A stretch of DNA of 64,000 nt from Priapulus caudatus (lineage: Eukaryota). Below, one piece after another: positions 52,461 to 64,000 of the stretch. The stretch's first letter is position 1; every line of letters begins with the position of its first letter. The stretch covers positions 1,119,391-1,183,390 of the forward strand of contig NW_014577088.1 of the NCBI RefSeq assembly GCF_000485595.1. Direction: 5' to 3'. A program made the position numbers and the translations under genes. The notes under the pieces were generated by a model. It was given only the letters and a program-made list of their open reading frames with translations, made no database searches and was not told the DNA's origin.

Positions 52461-55400
52461 GGGTGATCTGCAGTGCTGGACTAATAAGCTGCTATAGTCA
52501 TCGATGGTTTCAATCAATATTTAAATCTCGCCGTATCGATAGGCAACGATTACCGATATAGACGATAATTTCATTGTTTTAACTTCGATTTTTCTCAAAT
52601 CGGCGTTTCGGAAGAAAAGAATCGTCTTTGTTTGCCTATAAAGCATGTCGCATATATATTTACATAATATATTTACAATATAATATACATAACGTAAGAC
52701 CATCCACCACACGCCGAAACCCCATGATCGCTTCGCAAACCTAATAAAATTTTCTGCACGTCGGCCTGTCTTTGAGCACACATGCGACAAAAAAAGAGAG
52801 ATACCTTCTAAAATGTGACTCGTTCACTGTTCCCTATATCACAGCAAAGGAGAATTTGCCTCATTTTCACACGCTAGCAGGAATATTGTTCCGGGCGGGG
52901 CGTTTCTAGTATTGGGCGATCCAAGCGGTAATACGAACCACAGCAACGCCCACGCGACGCAGCAACCGCTACTTTGCAGAGCGCACAGCGCGTAACGGAC
53001 GGACGCACGGGCACGTAAGCTTACGGACGCCCCCACAATTTCGTGTTTGCCGTTTGTTCAGTGAGGTAAAGTGCTCGCGTACATCTAACCCCTTGGCCCC
53101 TTGTCAAGCTATGTGGTAAACGTGTGTCACATAAGCCCCTGTCTGAAGAACACAGAGCGTTGACAGTACACTACGTGAGTCCATGTAACCTCACCGTATA
53201 CCTGCGCGCTGTTTTTTCCAATTAGAGCATGTGCATTTCATAATGGGTTCCGGCATTTTACGTAATCGCTGGACTAGATGGCGGGCGTGGCACATGTCTG
53301 GTCATCACTGCTAAAACAATGGCTGTCGTATACGAAGGAGAAACCCGTAATGGGAATTGAAATCAATCAAGAGTTGGTTGCAAAAGTAAAGAGGGTGCAA
53401 AGAACATACTGGGAGGAAACGCTGATCTGCAGCGTACCCGTACGCTTGCGTGCGTGCGTGTGCACGTACACCGTGGGGTGCGTGCGTGCGTTTGTCGCCG
53501 TACACGCGTTGTGCACGTACACGTGCGTGTGTGGCACGTACACGCGCGTGCAATGGTGCTGGGAGTCAGGCGCGGTCGTTGGCGCAGTGTGATCAATCAG
53601 TCACGAGCTGCGTGGGCAGCAGGGAAGCACGTAAGCGTGTGTAAGCGTGCGTGCGCCTGTTGCACTCGTTAGATGTGCGGAGCAAACGTATCTCTGCCCT
53701 ACGTGCTATGTTCGAGGCCAACGTAGGCACCGTGTGTGCTCTGGTTGTTGTAGTCCGCGTGCGCCACTACACGTTCGAGTGGCGGTGCGTATCGCACTGT
53801 TACATGGTGGCGTGCGTGCGTATGCACGTTACATGTGGCTGGAGTGGCGTGTGGTGTTGGTAAACGTTCATTTTGCACCGTAACACGTCCTGCATGTGCA
53901 TGTACACTACGTGGACACGTACATCGTGTGTGCGGTGCGTTGGCGTTGCTGCACTTTCATCACCTCTTTTGCGATCGCCCACAGGTGGACACCATTTCAA
54001 TCTCAGTTCTGGTCACTTGGCCCCACTGTTTTCGTGAACAGGCCACATGTCGCTTGTCAATTTCTTTTTGCTAGGATTTTTCTGTGCCGCTCTCGGAAAG
54101 GCATCAATGCTGCTGTTAACAGTTTCCAAACGATAGTTTTGTAGTGGCGTGAAAAACTACCTCCCAGACATACCAAGCCTGCACCCACAAATCATGAACC
54201 CTTTGACTGGGTCATACTCTACTCACAGGGTATGACGATTCCGACGCTGGCTGGAATGCGTCAGCGCATAGCCCTTTCGCTCTTATCATTAGACACGCTG
54301 GCCGGCATCTAATTTCTCCCTCCTGCTATTTCACCGTTTGGGAGTGAGGGAGGCGCCGATCCAAATCACTTTCACATAACCAACGCTTGATGTTAGTAAC
54401 TTAATAACTATTTGGATTAAGTAGATGCTACCATACTATTAGCTTCACTAAGGTACTACGTTGTATAAGACTGCCGCTTCACAGAGTAAGAGCGAAACAA
54501 CGCTCTGCTCAAATTCGAAGACAATGCGTCAAACTATGAGGATATTTTGTAAAGTCGTCTCATCGCGATTGTGGTTGCGATGTGAATACCTCCGCGGTAT
54601 AGAGTCCTTGGATAGACTATAAGTCTCATAGTTGCGATATACACTTTCATACAATCAGTCACTGTGTTTTGTTCTATGTCAGCCCATAGTCATGCTTATC
54701 TAGTGACACAGGTCTACGATTGATTGGGTAGCACCGCGGGTTTTGTGGCCCCATTGATTTAACAATGTTTGCACTGGCCATACCGTGTCTAGGCATGCTT
54801 AGAGCGTGCAGGTGTGGGGGCCCGATTGATGGCATTTGTCCACGAGACTTAGTTCAGATGTGCATTGCGTTATTATCGTGTAACATATAAAGCACGTTTT
54901 TTATGGGAGAGGTGGGTTAAAACTGGACCAAGAAGAGTGCTACGTCCGACTTCGTTATCTGCGCTTAATTATATAAAAAATGTTAGGCCGCGAGTTACTA
55001 AACAGGAGCCGAAATAACTTGTTAATGAGTCGTCGATCAGTTGATATATAAGCTCTTTTGGATCTTAAGGATGAGAGACGCTGGCCGACTAACTGGTGAA
55101 TGTAGTCATGCGACGTAAAATGATTGGGAAATTGGGATCTGTGGAGGGCAGGGGAAAAATATAATAACTACGCTCACCTCGCAAGTCTCACCGGAGCTAA
55201 ACGTCGCTGACAGATGAGGAATGTATCTAAATTCTAGTTTTCCCTTTCTGATTTTTTACTAGTCCTCTTAACATCATCACGGACTCTACCATTGACGATT
55301 AGTGTCTCGAACTCTTGGATCTTAATATATAGCTGACTAAAATCAACTTGCCCTTCACGGGTCATGTCACTAATGAATACGGGATTTGTTAGTCAATTGA

Positions 55401-57368
55401 AAGTAAGTGAACACAAAATACCTTATTGGCAGCACCAGCCAGCACTTACATGCAATCCATGTTGAAAGTGATCATTATGCTTATAATTCACAGAAGGGAG
55501 CGAGCAAAGTATCGTATCACAGCAGTTGCATGAGCAGTCCCTGCAGCCAACTATGTGCATGTTACATTGTAACTAACCACCAAATAAAAGTCAACCAACA
55601 GATCAGAACTGCAGGCGGAAAGCTCACACCATAAACTTTTGCGAAAAACATAATTGCCGGAACGCTCCTGGGTCCGGCACGTGAAGCAACAGGTATACGT
55701 GTTACCATCTATGCGATCATGGCGTCTCTTCCTATGTATACATTACCTAGCAAAATTAGTCAACCTATCTCGAGCAATTTCGTCTTCACACAAAGACAGG
55801 TGAAAATAGTTATTATTCCTCGATCTATTGGGCTAATCACGGCCAATCTTTATTTATTTGTGGTCCACTGACTACAATACGGGTCTAAAATGTTTGTACA
55901 TTGATTAAATTATCCAATACTGCTTCAAAGGTTTTCGGCCACGAACACACCGCAACAAGGAAACTGTGTATATCTACCCGGCGAGTCTCCTGCCCGAACT
56001 GTATGTGCAAAGGCTCAAATGCTGAGCCTGGAGTCCATTTGCGTGTCGTTATCCAGCCAATCTACCCCTAAAATATACGACGATACAATCAGTGCAAGCC
56101 CACGCAACTGTCGTGTGTTCATCAGCCAACAATGTGGAAGAAATGACAAGGCAAATGACGAGACCTTTCAGCCGGGCAATACTACTCTGTAAGCGAACTA
56201 TTCGATCCCTCTTTCCTTCCTTTACTCTCTGTTCTTTCTCCCCCCTACCCCTGGGGTGGTTTCTTCTCATGTTTCCTTGCTGTCTCCCTCCTCTGGTCTC
56301 ATGTTAACGAATCCATTTCCACGTCACTGTTAACGTAACAAGTTATACTTAAGTGTAACACATCAAAACGTAAGTCAATATACATGTGCTGGAAAGCAAA
56401 GATATGCTTACTATCTTATTCAACTTGCGCAGTTGAAATTTATTGTTATAAAAACTAATACAAATAATGTGCAGTTTTTATTTATTTTACACTTTGATTA
56501 CAACCATTAATGAAATTGAAGTTGTTATATGATTAACTAATAATGTCAATATACATTCTTTTATATATTTGGCTCCTTGGGTAATCGCTCTTGTCTCACG
56601 CCGGGGGGGTGCTGAGGTTGTTACCGATGAGTTTCCATCTGCCGGGCGGTTTCTTCATTGCGCCGGATTTTTCCCGCACGTACGTACACTACGCTCCGCT
56701 ACGCACGCACCAGCACGCATACGCACGCACGCACGCACAGCACGCACAGCACGTACTGTACAGGCGCATCTGATAACGGTGATTTCCCTAGAACGTGTAC
56801 CCAGATATGGTAGTATTACGGCTTAAAGCTGAAGCACAGAGAACGGGGGAGAGAAGGAGCGGCGAGGAATTAGAGAGCGAGGGGAAGAGAGGGAGGGGGA
56901 GCGGAGAACGAGAGGTGAGGCGAGATTTAGAGAGAGAGAGGGAGGGAGAGAAAGAGAGATAGGGATCGAGAGGGGGTCGCGCGCGCGCGTGCATGGCGCG
57001 AGCGAGAGAGAGAGAGAGAGAGGAAGAGAGAGAGAGAAAGAAGAGAGAGAGAGAGAAGAAGAGAAAAGAGGAAAGAGAATGAGAGAGGAGGAGAGAGGGC
57101 GAAGCATGAGAGAGAAAGAGAGAAGGAAAGAGAGAGAGAGAGACGGGAGAGAGAGGGGGGAGCGAGAGCATCAAAAAGAGAAAGGAAAGAAGAGAGAGAA
57201 GTAGAGAGGGAAGAGATATAAAGAGACGAGAAAGAGAGAGAGAGAGAGAAGAGCGCGAGAGAGAGAGAGAGGGAGAGAAAGAGAAAGAAAGAGAGAGAGA
57301 GAGAGAGAAAGAGAAGGAGAGAGAAAGAGAGAGAGAAAGAAGAGAGAGAAAAAGAAGAGAGAGAGCGC

Positions 57369-57402
<34 letters not shown>

Positions 57403-57464
57403 GAGAGAAGAGAGAGAGGGGGGGAGAGAGAGAGAGGAGAGAGATAGGAAAGAGAGAGGATTGG

Positions 57465-58157
57465 AGAAAGAGACGAAAGAGGCGTAAACGCACGAGAGCT
57501 GCGCATAATGAAAAGGAGGACGTAGTAGAGAGCGGTGGAGAAACTGACTGGGGAGAGAGATAGGAAAGAGAGAAGACAGGTAACGGAACATTATATTGTG
57601 GATGGTTCGCGCTTGGGATGTGTCATTTTTTTGGGTTTCCCACAGTGGCATTTGTGTCAATTCTCACAGGCACTTGAGCGTTATCAATAAAATATAATGC
57701 TCAAACAACAATACGAAATCTAATTTCCTAGCCAAAGTTTAATGTTTCTCAAGACTACTCTTCGCCTAATTATGCCGACAATTTCCTTGAAATGCCGTCG
57801 CAAATGCTCATCCCGCTCCAATCACACATGCACGCATTTACAGAAATTTCCGCAATGAAATAGCGAAAGAGAGATAGAAACAATTAAAAATCTTGGTATA
57901 AAGATTCGTATTTGTTTAGCATTAATTTAATTGAAACGCTCACGAGTGCCTTGTGCTATCTATATAATGTGCGACACAATCACTCATCCAATTCATATCC
58001 TTCATGAATACAGCCATTCTCCACAGATGATTTTTGGGGCGGATGTTAAATGATTTTTAATATGTTGTTCTGTGACACATTTCTGATCATCTGGGATATA
58101 TATTATATCATTTTTTTTCCGGGTCAAATTTCCACTAATATACGAGACTACATTAAA
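57465..58157 (-). repeat. Inverted, indel-rich copy of intronic segment about 47155-47830, including the fold-back MITE, ending at a gap
   Basis: The reverse complement aligns by eye along its length with many 1-bp indels and abuts the N-run 58158-58182. Confidence 0.85.
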
Positions 58158-58588
58158 NNNNNNNNNNNNNNNNNNNNNNNNNTAACACATTTTATATCTT
58201 ATTATATATATATATATATATATAGTTTATATAATATATAACAGTCCATCAAAATTATGCGGCAACAATTAGCTCTTAGCAATAGACAACAGTAGATTCC
58301 ACTAAATAAACAGCCGGGGTAGGGGGCGACACAATGTCACTCGTCGGTGGCGCCCCTGGCGTCTCACCTGGATATAAATAACTTTTTATTATAACTAATT
58401 ATTAACATAAAAAATTAAACTAAAAAAATTATTAACATTAAATATAACTAAGTTATTATTTTATTAAGATTAGATTAAAAATGGGAATGAAATCTTGACA
58501 TTGTGATATTGTACGCATTTCGAAATGCTTCGCTGGCCGCGCCAGCGCCCCCTGGTGTGTAACCGTTGCTCTGTTCGTCGCGCGGCAG

Positions 58589-58786
58589 GACGAGTATCGC
58601 CACCTGGTGGAGAAACTGATCGCCGCTCAGACGGACGCCGCCATCACGCAGCGCCTCCTGGAGGCGTTCAGCGCGCTGACGCCCCCGCAGATGGCGCTGA
58701 CGCCGACGCGACTGAACAAGATCGCATTTCGGCGAAACTTTGAGAAGTACATGTCAAACATCAAGGCTCTGCTGTGCATCAAGTAG
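58589..58786 (+). CDS. XPO4: Exportin-4, terminal coding exon
   Basis: After gcAG: DEYRHLVEKLIAAQTDAAITQRLLEAFSALTPP...NKIAFRRNFEKYMSNIKALLCIK*. Recognisably similar to the XPO4 C-terminus (EY..LVE.L...Q.D..I.QRL..AF..LT...K.AF....E.FM.NV..LLCVK). Not in the ORF track. Confidence 0.85.
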   Translation, partial: DEYRHLVEKLIAAQTDAAITQRLLEAFSALTPPQMALTPTRLNKIAFRRNFEKYMSNIKALLCIK

Positions 58787-59121
58787 CGCGCGCCGGCGGA
58801 TGCTCGCTTGTTTGTCGCGGCGAGGTGGAGGGACGGTGCAGGGTCAGATCAGCGCTCGCTTGTTTTGTGTGTGTGCATGCACGTGTGTGTGTGTGTGTGT
58901 GTGCGTGCGTGCGTGCATTGGCGTGTGTGTGCGAGTGATGTTTGTCGACTCAGGTATGCTTTTATACTAAGCAGCAATGTCCACAGGTTGTGGAAACCCA
59001 CCGTGTATTTGCATGTGAATCATTGACCTCTGTCCATCTCACTGTCCTCTGTTCTAGTTACTCCTCTATCTCTCTCTCTCTCACTGCCTCCTCTCTCTCT
59101 CTAGCTCTCTCTCACTGCCTC

Positions 59122-59152
<31 letters not shown>

Positions 59153-59157
59153 ACTGC

Positions 59158-59188
<31 letters not shown>

Positions 59189-59229
59189 AGCTCTCTCTCA
59201 CTGCCTCCTCTCTCTCACTGCCTCCTCTT

Positions 59230-59261
<32 letters not shown>

Positions 59262-59328
59262 ACGGCCTCCTCTCTATCTCTCTCTTTCACTGCCTCCTCT
59301 CTCTCTCTCTATCTCTCTCTCTCACTGC

Positions 59329-59367
<39 letters not shown>

Positions 59368-60167
59368 CTCTATCGCTCTCTATCAGTCTCTATCTCTCTC
59401 TCTATTTCTCCTCTCCTTCCCTGTCCCCCTCTCTCTCTATTTCTCCCTCTCTCCCTCCCTCTCCCCCTCTCTCTCTCCCTCTTCTGTCTCTTTCTGCCTG
59501 CCCCTCTCTTTCCCTTTCTCTCTCCCTCTTTATCTATCTATCTATCTATCTGTCTGTCCATCTATCTATCTATCTATCTTGATCTCTATCTCTACATATA
59601 TCTCTATATCTATCTATCAGCCTCTGTCTCTCGCTCGCTGTCTCCTTTGCTACCGCGCCGCGCTGCACGTATTTCGCGCGGAAACGCCGTCACGTGATCC
59701 TAGGCGTCGACCGAGCGGCAGCGAATCGCAGCGCTACGCGACGCGTCAATCATCAGCTCTGCCCGGGCACCTAGATACCCGCCCACTTTCTCCCCTCGCA
59801 GCGCCAGCACTGTGCGACCATAACAACAACAACAGTTCACGGACGCACACATACCGGCTGAGCAGCTCGTGCAGCAGTAGCGGCAGGAGCAGCAGCAGCA
59901 GCGGCAGGTGTGTGACATATGGCGCGACGGAAGGCAGAGAGACAGCGAGAGAGCGAGAGAGAGAGAGAACTTGACAACAGCCGAAATTCGTGCGTATATC
60001 GTCGTGTAAACTTTACTCTCGCGTGCGTGTGTTCGTAAGAGAGTAGGACGAAGTAGACGAAGCAGTGGAAGAGACAGACAGAGATCGCCGCACGTGTACG
60101 TGTGCGTGTACGTGTGCGCGTGTATCGCGGCGCGCGCGCGTGTGTCGACGTGGGTAAAGAACCAGCG

Positions 60168-60611
60168 ATGCCTCGTGCTAACAGTGAAAGCGATAGCTGC
60201 CAGCAACAGCAGCAGCAGCAGCAACAACAGCAGCAGGCCGGCAGCAACACCAACAACAGCAGCAGCAGCAGCAGCAGCAGCAACGGCGTCGTCCACCACA
60301 ATGGCGTCGTCGGCAACGCATCCCAGATCCGGCGAAACCGTTTTCCGTCCGGCCAGTCGCGCTGCTGCGTGCCGCATGGATGCTGTGATCTGGATTGCTT
60401 CATCCTGTCGGAGAAACCCGGTACGGCGGTGCGGGTGATTTGTAATAACGACAGCTGCACCGAGGGAGTGTACATGCACAAGCACTGCTTCGAACACTGG
60501 GAGTTGAGCGTTCTCACCTATCTGCGCTCGACGGGCCGAGCGCGAAGTTGGAGCGAGAAGCAGCGCATGCAGAACCTGTGGACGAAGAAGGGATACGATC
60601 TAGCGTTCAAG
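60168..60611 (+). CDS. HECA: Headcase protein, first coding exon
   Basis: PolyQ/polyS N-terminus, then CCVP..C...VRVICNND.C..G.YMH..CFE.WE..VL.YLRSTGRARSWSEKQR.QNLWTKKGYDLAFK, the headcase N-terminal domain. Donor AAG|GTAAGA. The gene continues beyond the window. Confidence 0.95.
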
Positions 60612-60629
60612 GTAAGAGCTGAGCTCAGG

Positions 60630-60835
60630 ATTAGGGTTAGGGTTAGGGGGGGGGGGGTTGAGGTTGGTGTTAGGGTTTTGGTTAGGGTTCACCGTTGGGG
60701 TTGAGGAGGGGCTATAGTTCTAGAGCTAGGGTTGGGGTATGGTTGGGGTTGGGTTTGGGGTAGGGTTGCGGTTGGAGTTAGGGTTGTGGTTGGGGGATTA
60801 TTGTTGTGGTTAGGGTTTGGTTAGAGTTAGGTGTT
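60630..60835 (+). repeat. Degenerate (TTAGGG/TTGGGG)n G-rich repeat at the start of the headcase intron
   Basis: Visible G-run repeats. Confidence 0.75.
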
Positions 60836-61190
60836 AGCTGGGAGGAGAGTACCAACTACAACATGCAGGGTTGCTACAGCTTGTACACACCATAGTACAA
60901 GCACAACGTGTGATGTGGGTCTGTTAACACCGACCAGGCTGCAAGACTAACGTCAATACACGGTCTTTCGATGTATGAGCGTTTCTTGGAACTGTGGGCT
61001 GGATGTAGAATATACCTTATACCTAACTCCAAGAAAACAGTCACATACCGAAACTCATCATACGTACCGTGTTTATCTGTACTTGTGTACTCTCATGTGA
61101 TGTGTGTTGACGTGTTGGCTGCACAGCCTGGTGAGGTTACCCTACACATAACTTCAACTAATGATACTATTAATCAATTATTATTATTAT

Positions 61191-61234
<44 letters not shown>

Positions 61235-61321
61235 TAAAAACGTTATCCATTGCGGGAATGAAACTTGCTTGCTATATTTCCGTTTGTCTCGCAATGGGTT
61301 GTCAACAAGATAATTGGAGAA

Positions 61322-61360
61322 CACGACGTTTCGTGTGCTACTGCAACACTTCGTCAGGTG
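61322..61360 (-). ncRNA. Minimal type I hammerhead ribozyme motif in a probable Penelope pLTR remnant (about 61230-61396)
   Basis: Minus strand reads CAC-CUGACGA-A-GUGU(UGCAGUAGC)ACAC-GAAA-CG-UC-GUG: intact core boxes, stem II, palindromic ACGU stem III, GUC cleavage triplet and CAC/GUG stem I. Flanked by (TA)n. Confidence 0.7.
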
Positions 61361-61572
61361 ATGCGGCGACGTTGCAAGTGGGGGCGAGGTTGCGAGATAT
61401 ATATATATATACCTCTAATTAAACCATTTAATTATACCATAAACCTGTCGCTAATTCTAACTGCATCTCATATTGCGAGCCACCTACCCTAACACCTTAG
61501 ATCTATAACAACTGGTTAATCGCTTGATCGTGGAATGTTATAGTACAGTACGGCTATACAACCGTGCTTGTT

Positions 61573-61621
<49 letters not shown>

Positions 61622-61674
61622 CTACTGAGCAAAACTATGAGCTTTCAATTCGCCTCCCCATGCCATATGCACGC
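61622..61674 (-). CDS. Acyl-CoA thioesterase/BAAT-family protein, last exon (early stop)
   Basis: Acceptor tttcAG phase 1; GVHMAWGGELKAHSFAQ* matches the family WGGE..AH..AQ motif; the stop is followed by (GA)n. Confidence 0.75.
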
Positions 61675-61729
61675 CTGAAATTTATAAGAGGATGCGGTTA
61701 AAACAAAAATACAAATGAATGCCGATACT

Positions 61730-62596
61730 TACGGAGCCCGGGAATTTGGGACATGGAGAAATCTTTTTTTTTCTCGGTCCCGCGAGATATTATCTTGTTC
61801 CCACGAGATACTATATCGTTCCATTTTTATGTCCAATTTCCGTGCCGCGCACGACGCGGGGACACGTACCCTCCACACTCCTTCACAGCTTCTAAAAAGT
61901 ATTCTTCAATTATTTTTGGGTCATTATTTGTACTGTACACATTTAACCAGATTGTTTCTCTTGAGAAACCGTCTATGCGTCCGCTTATGCACAATTCGTA
62001 TGGTTTCAACTTGTCATAACCATCGACAATGTGCCAGATGTAATTGGGCTATTTCGCAAAGTAGGCACGTCTGACAAGAGACTTGTTAGTATCAATCGTA
62101 CATCATCGTTTCTTACACGAATGCCACTTTGTTGACATTTAGCATACATCCTACGATACCCGTGTAAATGGCCCGAACCCTGTAACTGACTCTGGATGAA
62201 TTGTACCACATCGTCCACACGGCTGTATCTTCTACGGTGAAGATTAGCTGCACTTAATATCCGTTTAAGGTGCATTTTACTTAAAAGTATGTCGTGGTGA
62301 TGACCTAGTATGAGCAGTATATCTTTGTATGCCATTCCAAGATCAAAATACATTTTTATTAAGAAATTTCGGTCACTAACGGAAGACATTTTAACCCTTT
62401 CGCGTGGTAAGGAGATGCATTAATTGTTGTTATCTTGTATGTTGTCTTGTTGTTTGTTATTGTGGGAACGAGATAACATCTCGAGGGAACGATATAATAT
62501 CTCGTGGGAACGAGATATAGTATTTCGAAGGAACGAGATATCTCGTGGGAACGAGATAAAAAAAGATTTTCCCATGTCCCTTCCCGGGCTCCGTTA
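61730..62596 (-). mobile_element. IS3EU-type DNA transposon, internally deleted (867 bp)
   Basis: TIRs TACGGAGCCCGGGAA..GGGACATG / CATGTCCCTTCCCGGGCTCCGTTA; perfect 6-bp TSD GATACT; subterminal TCGTGGGAACGAGATA repeats. ORF 62389-62006 (YFDLGMAYKDIL..LKRIL..LQGSGHLHGYR.M..VRLIL) is the transposase N-terminus without the DDE core. Confidence 0.85.
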
Positions 62597-62712
62597 GATA
62601 CTACAGTACATTAGCAGAATATGTTACTAAAGCATTTCACAGCACAACTACACTGCTAGTCCTCGAAACCAGTAGCTTATCACTATATTCACAAAACTCA
62701 TCGGTAGCTCAC

Positions 62713-62917
62713 CCATAGTGGCATGATATGAAGTTTTACACAGAGGAGAGTATGGAGGCTCGACCAGATGTCCAGCTCCAGGATACACGCACATCTCGTG
62801 GTTATCCCTGCCGTGCCGGAGCATTCTCTCCGTGGAAGCAGTGTTCTCCTTCACTCCCATGACAGCCTTGTCGTCTTCGGAAATAACGAACAGGATCTGT
62901 GCCGGTGCGTGCTCCAA
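62713..62917 (-). CDS. Acyl-CoA thioesterase/BAAT-family protein, internal exon with catalytic Asp and His
   Basis: LEHAPAQILFVISEDD...YPGAGHLVEPPYSPLC is the BAAT_C signature; acceptor cacAG phase 0; donor G|GTGAGC phase 1. Confidence 0.88.
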
Positions 62918-63148
62918 CTGTGGAATAGGTATAGTACGCATATGGGGGACACGAACGCATTGATAAAATTGTGCGCATGCCACAATACAAGCACACATGC
63001 TCTATCTACTTGTCTTACACATAATTATACCGTATCTGTGGCAAACCCGATATGGAGCGGCAGAGCTATTTCAACCCACTTACCATTTAACTGTAAATCA
63101 CCATGTAATGACGCGAAACGTAAACTGCAATGTAATATTCAATCTTAC

Positions 63149-63233
63149 AGCTATCAATTGGTCAGCATGGAAATCCTGAGCGTATTCTGCATATGTTACA
63201 CCCTCTGGGTGATGAATGTGTACGTCCTGGCTC
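63149..63233 (-). CDS. Acyl-CoA thioesterase/BAAT-family protein, preceding internal exon
   Basis: Acceptor ttgcAG; SQDVHIHHPEGVTYAEYAQDFHADQLIA; donor GCT|GTAAGA phase 0 joins LIA-LEHA, matching the family 'IPIEKA' position. Confidence 0.6.
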
Positions 63234-63248
63234 CTGCAACATAAAATT

Positions 63249-64000
63249 TATGTCCAGACCTAAACTCTTCAAGAATCCACTAATTGAAGGTCCAGGAACA
63301 ATATTTGGTCGGTATAACACATTTCCCACTGACGGCGAAATAGCTTTTTGGGCCACGCCCTTTTCGAGCGAAGTACTGCCATCCACCATGACTGTATCTA
63401 CAGAACCTTTGGACCTAGGAGGTTACCGACCACTCAAAATGTGCGCAATGGCCACATTATGGGAGGTCAGTAATACATTTTCATTTCCAAAAGTCAATGG
63501 TTTTTAAGATAATTGCCAAAAACCGATTTCAGCATGTTTACTACATTTACGATACATTGCCGATTACTACATTTATTTGGATTTCTACACTTTTTGCCTT
63601 TACTACAGCCACAAAACGTCACACATTTTATGTTCCTTTCTCTGCAAGAGCACGTTTTGGTACTCATACATGATGTTGGCCATTTGCATGGAGGGGGCAG
63701 GTCATCGGGCCTGCACGATACTGGCAGTACCACTGGTGTTATGCCAACATCCGTTGCTTCATATCCATACTGGAGTGGATCTGGTTTGGTGACTGCAGGG
63801 GTTGAGGCTTGCAACCACATCTTACACTGCAGATATGCTAGTTTTATGTGTTCTCGTAGCGTTGATGAACAGCACACACGCTGGTTGAAGTCCAGTTCTT
63901 TCTTGGAGTTGTGGTACTGCTCCCATCGATATTCATCGAAAGTGGAACAGTCTGTCTTCTTTAATCCAGACACAAGGAACTTTTCAGCATTGCTTGTTAT
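63249..64000 (-). mobile_element. Academ-like DNA transposon 3' portion (C-terminal Cys-rich finger), running off the window
   Basis: SSTLREHIKLAYLQCKMW...PDPLQYGY...C..SC...TCSCRERNIKCVTFCGC..KCRNP resembles the post-XPG and Cys8 finger region of AcademX transposases. Boundary approximate. Confidence 0.6.

Noticed and set aside
53278..56310. Short coding-looking patches (about 53280-53430, 53980-54180, 55930-56190)
   Set aside because: They are interrupted by stops and I recognise no family; BLASTx would be needed to tell decayed transposon or gene from noise.
56788..57660. 290-aa Leu/Ser-rich ORF
   Set aside because: Translation of a noisy (GA)n tract.
59700..60517. Minus-strand ORFs of 265 and 226 aa opposite headcase exon 1
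   Set aside because: Antisense shadows of the CAG-rich, GC-rich headcase exon and its 5'UTR.

Overview
Eukaryotic (bilaterian invertebrate) genomic DNA from a gapped draft assembly, rich in microsatellites, with N-gaps near 2.4, 21.6, 34.2, 38.7, 49.9 and 58.2 kb. The species cannot be established from the sequence. Genes: (1) a complete BMP2/4 (dpp-type) gene on the minus strand, with 2 coding exons (405 aa) and a probable non-coding first exon near 27 kb. (2) Head-to-head with it, a cluster of secreted, extremely Asp/Glu-rich protein genes. One is a complete 8-exon gene (about 844 aa: signal peptide, acidic domain, predicted coiled coil, basic furin-like site, Cys-enriched MAM domain). The other is a paralogous signal-peptide plus acidic exon present twice in a 3.3-kb near-identical duplication. 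(3) An isolated last exon of exportin-4. (4) The first coding exon of headcase (HECA). (5) An antisense acyl-CoA thioesterase/BAAT-family gene nested in the headcase intron. Mobile DNA: an IS3EU-type deletion derivative with a 6-bp TSD, an Academ-like fragment, an RTE-like LINE 3' end with TSD, Penelope remnants (a GIY-YIG fragment and a minimal hammerhead ribozyme), several MITEs, and a family of 38-67 bp palindromic elements with 7-bp TSDs. Most ORFs in the supplied track are microsatellite artefacts. The acidic-MAM cluster next to BMP2/4 is the most interesting uncharacterised system.
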